10,857 nt of DNA, from the NCBI GenBank assembly GCA_043801585.1, contig JAZDLX010000204.1, positions 1-10,857 on the forward strand, given 5' to 3'. The DNA comes from a bacterium (GTDB taxonomy: Bacteria; Electryoneota; Electryoneia; Electryoneales; Electryoneaceae). Positions within the stretch are counted from its first letter, which is position 1. Every line of letters starts with the position of its first letter. Positions 6,753 to 10,857 of the stretch are shown in pieces. The translations under genes and the position numbers were made by a program. Under the pieces are notes generated by a model. The model was not told the DNA's origin. It was given only the letters and a program-made list of their open reading frames with translations, and did no database searches.

Positions 6753-8116
6753 TTTTTCGACTCCTGATTGAGTGCTTCAGTGGCTCGATCCGCCAGTTCC
6801 TGCGCGGTCTTGCGGTCGTGTGCCTCGGCGAAGATACGGACGATGGGTTCTGTGTTTGATGGCCGGATGTGCGCCCACCCCTCTTCGAGGTCGACACGGA
6901 CGCCGTCACGATTGTCGATTTTTGCTCCTCTGCCGAATGCCGATTTCATCGCCTTTCCCAGCGCGGTCCGTGACATCTTCTTCGGCAACGGAGCACGGCG
7001 CTTGATCATCACATACTGAGGGAGACGGCTGACGAGGACGCTCAACGGTTCTCCCGATTCCGCAAGCATGGTCAGGACGAGTGCGGTGCCGACCATGGCA
7101 TCACGGTTTGCATGAACAGAGGACAGCATCACACCACCGTTGCCCTCTCCTCCGATCAACGCGCCGATTTCGCGCATCTTCTCTGCTACGTGAGCCTCGC
7201 CTACGGGAGTCCGGTGGCATTCCACCCCGGCCTGTTTGCAGATGTCCTCAACGGCCCGGCTTGTCGACAGGTTGATCACAACGGGACCCGGTTCGTGGTC
7301 GAGAACGTGACGGACTGCGAGCGCAAGCGTCATCTCCTCGCCGATCGGCTGACCCTGTTCGTTGATGATCGCGAGACGGTCTCCGTCGGGATCAAGGGCG
7401 AGTCCGATGTCCATGCCCTCGTTGCTGACCAGATCGCTGAGGTCGGTGAGGTTCTGGGGCAGGGGTTCCGCCTCACGGCCGAACTCACCCGTCAGGTCGC
7501 CGTTGATCTTACGGACGTCACAGCCCAGTTCGTGAAGCAAATTGGGCATGATCAGGTTGCCGACGGAGTTGATACAGTCCACCGCAACCCTGAACTGCCT
7601 GCGGCGAATGTTGCCAACATCAACGAGTTTATCCTCGAGAATCCGGCGGATGTGGAAATCGACGCCGCCGCCTTCATGTTCACTGATCTTGCCAAGGCGG
7701 TGGCTGTCAACATAGGCGAAGGTGCCGTCTTGAAACAGCTTGTTTACCGCCTCACCTTCCTTCGCGTCGAGGAAATCCCCCTTGCTGTCGAGGAACTTCA
7801 ATGCGTTCCAGCCGGTGGGATTGTGGCTGGCGGTGATACAGATTCCCCCGGCCGCATCAAGCTGGGGAACCATCAACTCGATGGTGGGAGTTGTCGCGAG
7901 GCCGAGATCGACAACTTCGCACCCGGTTGCCACGAGTCCCGAGAAAAGTGCGGAGCGGACCATATGCCGCGAGGGGCGTGTATCGCCACCCACAACGACA
8001 CGGCCGCCCTTGACATACGAACCAAATGCGGCGCCGTAGAGGGCGACGATATCCGGTGTCAGACCATCCCCCACGACTCCGCGGATGCCTGATATTCCCG
8101 TCATCAAAGTCGGCAT
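6749..8116 (-). CDS. glmM: Alpha-D-phosphohexomutase, GlmM/PMM-PGM type (GEGNGG subtype); substrate not certain
   Basis: ISGIRG, DTRPS, TTPT, ITASHNP (phospho-Ser), DPDGDR (metal loop), GGEGNGG (sugar-binding loop), [15 protein letters not shown] lies upstream. The family is certain; the glmM symbol is less so. Confidence 0.85.
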   Translation of the reverse strand: MPTLMTGISGIRGVVGDGLTPDIVALYGAAFGSYVKGGRVVVGGDTRPSRHMVRSALFSGLVATGCEVVDLGLATTPTIELMVPQLDAAGGICITASHNPTGWNALKFLDSKGDFLDAKEGEAVNKLFQDGTFAYVDSHRLGKISEHEGGGVDFHIRRILEDKLVDVGNIRRRQFRVAVDCINSVGNLIMPNLLHELGCDVRKINGDLTGEFGREAEPLPQNLTDLSDLVSNEGMDIGLALDPDGDRLAIINEQGQPIGEEMTLALAVRHVLDHEPGPVVINLSTSRAVEDICKQAGVECHRTPVGEAHVAEKMREIGALIGGEGNGGVMLSSVHANRDAMVGTALVLTMLAESGEPLSVLVSRLPQYVMIKRRAPLPKKMSRTALGKAMKSAFGRGAKIDNRDGVRVDLEEGWAHIRPSNTEPIVRIFAEAHDRKTAQELADRATEALNQESKK

Positions 8117-8154
8117 GATTCCTCTTGCGTTCGGGATTGGATGCTCAAGTCTTC

Positions 8155-8184
8155 AATATAGCCCGTAGGCCGGGCAGGCGACAA
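8155..8184 (-). promoter_or_regulatory. Candidate sigma70 promoter for the mutase-ybjQ-deoC unit
   Basis: The minus strand reads TTGTCG (8184-8179), an 18-nt spacer, then TATATT (8160-8155), about 40 nt upstream of ATG8116. Confidence 0.4.
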
Positions 8185-8210
8185 TGAGACATGTCCTTCG
8201 TTGCGGCGCG

Positions 8211-8234
8211 AGCGTGCCTTTCAGGGCAGGCGCT
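8211..8234 (-). terminator. GC-rich imperfect hairpin directly after the DUF2867-like gene stop
   Basis: AGCG-TGCC..GGCA-(GG)-CGCT stem with a bulge and no clear U-tract. Confidence 0.25.
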
Positions 8235-8236
8235 GT

Positions 8237-8728
8237 TCATTTCGCTGCGTCGATCATCGATCGAACGATTCCATGGTGGAACAGCAGAACCAGCCGATGG
8301 TAGAGTCTCCCACGCCAAGTCTTGAAATTTACTGCGGTTATGACAAGTAATCTGGCCGTCTCAGACCGTCCAGGTTCACGGAGCACCAGCAGGATCGCGG
8401 AGAGATGACGGTCGTCGGCTGATACGGACCAGTAGCGGTTTTCTTCCGCTCTCCAGACGCATCCGATGAAGACCCGGTCGCCGGGGCGGAATGGGATTTC
8501 GGACGACTTTCCCACCCGAGTCGATGGGATGCCGACGATCCGGTATCCGAAAAACGGCGCGAGAAAGGTCCGTATCGCGTACAGCGATTTCAACCACAAG
8601 GGTTGCCAGCGGATCATCTCGTACAGTGCGTCGCGCAACGATTTTGAGGTCATCCCGCTGTGCACATCAACATGATCCGCCAATGCAATGTGAGCATCGA
8701 TCTCGGGATTGATCGATGGGGGTTTCAT
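8237..8728 (-). CDS. DUF2867-like protein of unknown function
   Basis: ADHVD, P.WLKSLYAIR..L...FG, PGDRVF, DDRHLSA, TAVNFKTWRGRLY..LV..FHHGIVRSM resemble DUF2867 from memory. SD GAGG lies upstream of ATG8728. Confidence 0.72.
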   Translation of the reverse strand: MKPPSINPEIDAHIALADHVDVHSGMTSKSLRDALYEMIRWQPLWLKSLYAIRTFLAPFFGYRIVGIPSTRVGKSSEIPFRPGDRVFIGCVWRAEENRYWSVSADDRHLSAILLVLREPGRSETARLLVITAVNFKTWRGRLYHRLVLLFHHGIVRSMIDAAK

Positions 8729-8751
8729 AGTGCCTCACTTACGTAGCATGA

Positions 8752-9120
8752 TTAAAAATCATCCGGGTTGAACGCGTAGGGAACGTGGTGAATTACCGGT
8801 TTCGGCTTGAGCACGACTACGCAGGCGTCGAAGCGGACGTTGGGCACGGGATCCTGCCATTCGGCGAGAAGGACTTTTGCAAGCCGTACAAGTTGGCGCC
8901 GTTTCGATATGGGGAATCGGTCCGAGGTCTCGAGTCCGTGCATTTCGCTCACTGTGCGCACCTCGACAATGACCAGTTCATCGCCATCCCACATCAGCAG
9001 ATCGATTTCTCCGGCCTTCCGCCGCAGGTTTCGCTGGGCGAGTTTGAACCCTTTCCGCTTCAGAAATTTCTCGGCGAGATGCTCGCCTTTTCTGCCCAGA
9101 CTGATGCGTTCATCGCTCAC
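8752..9120 (-). CDS. yraN: YraN/UPF0102 family PD-(D/E)XK-like putative endonuclease
   Basis: LGRKGEHLA..FL..KG, RNLR...GEIDL, LVIVEVR, VRFD. GTGA overlap with the rnhB stop (9117-9120), which is the usual rnhB-yraN synteny. Confidence 0.93.
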   Translation of the reverse strand: MSDERISLGRKGEHLAEKFLKRKGFKLAQRNLRRKAGEIDLLMWDGDELVIVEVRTVSEMHGLETSDRFPISKRRQLVRLAKVLLAEWQDPVPNVRFDACVVVLKPKPVIHHVPYAFNPDDF

Positions 9121-9839
9121 CTTGGCGTTCCTTTCAGATCGCCGATGGGCATTCTCTGACCCCGAACCTCGATGGTGAAGGTGCCGCGGTGAATGGGACA
9201 GAAGCCGTGTTCCATCAACGCATGGCGGTGCTCTACCGTTGGATAGCCCTTGTGCCGGGCGAAACCGTACAGCGGCCAGAGTGAATCGAAATCCACCATC
9301 AGCCGGTCGCGGTGAACCTTGGCGAGGATGGACGCCGCTCCGATGGAGAACGACAGGGAATCCCCTTTGACCAGGTTGATTTGACGGCCAATGCCGAGCC
9401 CGGGTATCCTGCCATCGACGAGGAGAACCGGGTGTGCGCTTCCCATAAGTTCCCGCACACGTTTCGCCGCTCGTGCCATTGCCTCCCGTGTCGCCTCGAG
9501 GATGTTGATTTCGTCGATACGAAGGTGAGTGGACTCTTCAATGGCGTACGCCAGCGCTTTTTCACGGATCAATGTATCGAGCTCCTCACGCCGACGACGG
9601 GAGAGAACCTTGGAGTCTCCCACTCCCTCGATCCGCACGGACGAGTCGAAGCAGACGGCTGCGGCGACAACCGGACCCGCGAGAGGACCACGACCCGCCT
9701 CGTCGATACCGATGACAATCATCCCTTCATCCCAGAGTTCAAGCTCTGAACCAAAGGGAGCGCCCGGTTCGGACGGCTGCATGGGAGTGCGATGCAGACC
9801 TGGAAGCGGTACGAGGTTTTTCGGGATACGTCTCGGCAT
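9117..9839 (-). CDS. rnhB: Ribonuclease HII
   Basis: GIDEAGRGPLAGPVVAAAV, DSK, IDEINILEAT, LLVDG, VKGD, AASILAKVHRD, HKGYPT, PIHR. The start could instead be ATG9782. Confidence 0.96.
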   Translation of the reverse strand: MPRRIPKNLVPLPGLHRTPMQPSEPGAPFGSELELWDEGMIVIGIDEAGRGPLAGPVVAAAVCFDSSVRIEGVGDSKVLSRRRREELDTLIREKALAYAIEESTHLRIDEINILEATREAMARAAKRVRELMGSAHPVLLVDGRIPGLGIGRQINLVKGDSLSFSIGAASILAKVHRDRLMVDFDSLWPLYGFARHKGYPTVEHRHALMEHGFCPIHRGTFTIEVRGQRMPIGDLKGTPR

Positions 9840-10007
9840 GATTACCCGCGTTTGCGTGAATGTGAAAAGATGACGGGGAAGGATGGTCGATGCAATAGCC
9901 CCGAAAGTTGAAATGCGGATCGACCGGGGTCGCTACAGCCTCTCTCGTTTCCTATATTGCCAAATAGTTATTGCAAACTTCGAGATTCGAAGGAGATAGG
10001 AGGCTGT

Positions 10008-10856
10008 ATGCGCGATACTCGCGATCCAGACATTCAAAAAGCGGCATTGTACGTTTTCGATAAATTCGGCCAGGCTCCAACTCTGACGCTGATTCTCGGA
10101 AGCGGCCTGGGGTCGTTTGCTGAGGAGGTCAAAGACCCGGTTGTGATCCCGACGACCGACGTTCCGGGTTACCCCGCTTCAACTGTCGCCGGACATGCCG
10201 GAAAGCTCGTTTCGGGGACCATCGACGGCGTCAATGTGCTTGTCGTGCAGGGGCGTATCCATTTCTATGAAGGCTACCCGATGTCGCAGGTGGTCACTCC
10301 TGTGCGCATCGCGGCGGCTCTTGGCACCAGGGGCCTCGTCGTTACCAACGCCGCGGGCGGGCTCGGCGAACACCTCGAACCGGGCGACCTGATGGCGATT
10401 ACCGACCACATCAATCTGATGGGTACGAATCCGCTGATCGCCCAGAGCTGGGGATTCGAACGATTCCCGGACATGAGCCGCGCTTACGATCCGGACCTGC
10501 GCAAAGTGCTGCACAAGGTTGCCCTCGAACAGAACATCAAGCTGAAGGATGGTGTCCTCGGTGGCTGGACCGGTCCAAGCTATGAGACCGCCGCGGAGGT
10601 ACAATTGCTGAAAATGGCTGGAGTTTCCGCCGCATGCATGAGCACCATCCCCGAGGTGATCGCCGCCTCACGCTTCAAGGTCCGCACTTGCGGGATTTCC
10701 TGCATTACCAACAAGGCGACCGGGATCTCGCTGACTCCGTTGACGCACGAAGAGGTGCAGCGGACCGCCGCCCTTGCGGAATCCACGTTCCGCACGCTGC
10801 TGAGAGCATCCGTGCCGGAGCTCGCCAGGGAGGTGGAAGCGAATCCGGGGTGGTAG
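10008..10856 (+). CDS. punA: Purine nucleoside phosphorylase, family-2/trimeric type (PunA/XapA-like, inosine/guanosine-preferring)
   Basis: ILGSGLG, STVAGHAG, QGRIHFYEGY, TNAAGGL, DHINLMG.NPL, RFPDMS, GPSYET.AE, MST.PE, CITN, HEEV. AGGAGG at 9998-10003 supports ATG10008 over TTG9957. TAG at 10854-10856. Confidence 0.95.
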   Translation: MRDTRDPDIQKAALYVFDKFGQAPTLTLILGSGLGSFAEEVKDPVVIPTTDVPGYPASTVAGHAGKLVSGTIDGVNVLVVQGRIHFYEGYPMSQVVTPVRIAAALGTRGLVVTNAAGGLGEHLEPGDLMAITDHINLMGTNPLIAQSWGFERFPDMSRAYDPDLRKVLHKVALEQNIKLKDGVLGGWTGPSYETAAEVQLLKMAGVSAACMSTIPEVIAASRFKVRTCGISCITNKATGISLTPLTHEEVQRTAALAESTFRTLLRASVPELAREVEANPGW

Positions 10857-10857
10857 G

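Noticed and set aside
7112..8092. 326-aa + strand ORF opposite the phosphohexomutase
   Set aside because: Shadow ORF with no motifs
9957..10007. N-terminal extension of PNP from TTG9957
   Set aside because: A strong SD (AGGAGG) precedes ATG10008, and the extension lies in the likely promoter region

Overview
Gene-dense, fairly GC-rich bacterial chromosomal segment that is mostly housekeeping and central metabolism. There is no transposase, integrase, CRISPR array, rRNA or tRNA. On the + strand: a ~1000-aa protein with receiver domains and a PEP-synthase/PPDK N-terminal (ATP-grasp) domain, a structured ~200-bp spacer, and a PflX-like radical SAM gene. A convergent minus-strand run reads rnhB-yraN-DUF2867-like gene-phosphohexomutase (GlmM-type)-ybjQ-deoC-glgC. 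A purine nucleoside phosphorylase gene is transcribed divergently from that run. The most interesting items are three. (1) The architecture of the large first protein (pseudo-REC, intact REC, DUF5752-like helical unit, ATP-grasp, C-terminal conserved-His domain) suggests a non-canonical self-contained phosphorelay. (2) The 3171-3375 spacer holds a REP-doublet-like 23-bp inverted repeat, a terminator with a possible alternative pairing, and a 70-codon ORF that overlaps both neighbours by GTGA. (3) PNP, the mutase and DeoC may form a deoB-less nucleoside catabolism module linked to glgC. All family calls come from motif recognition by eye; no searches were run.
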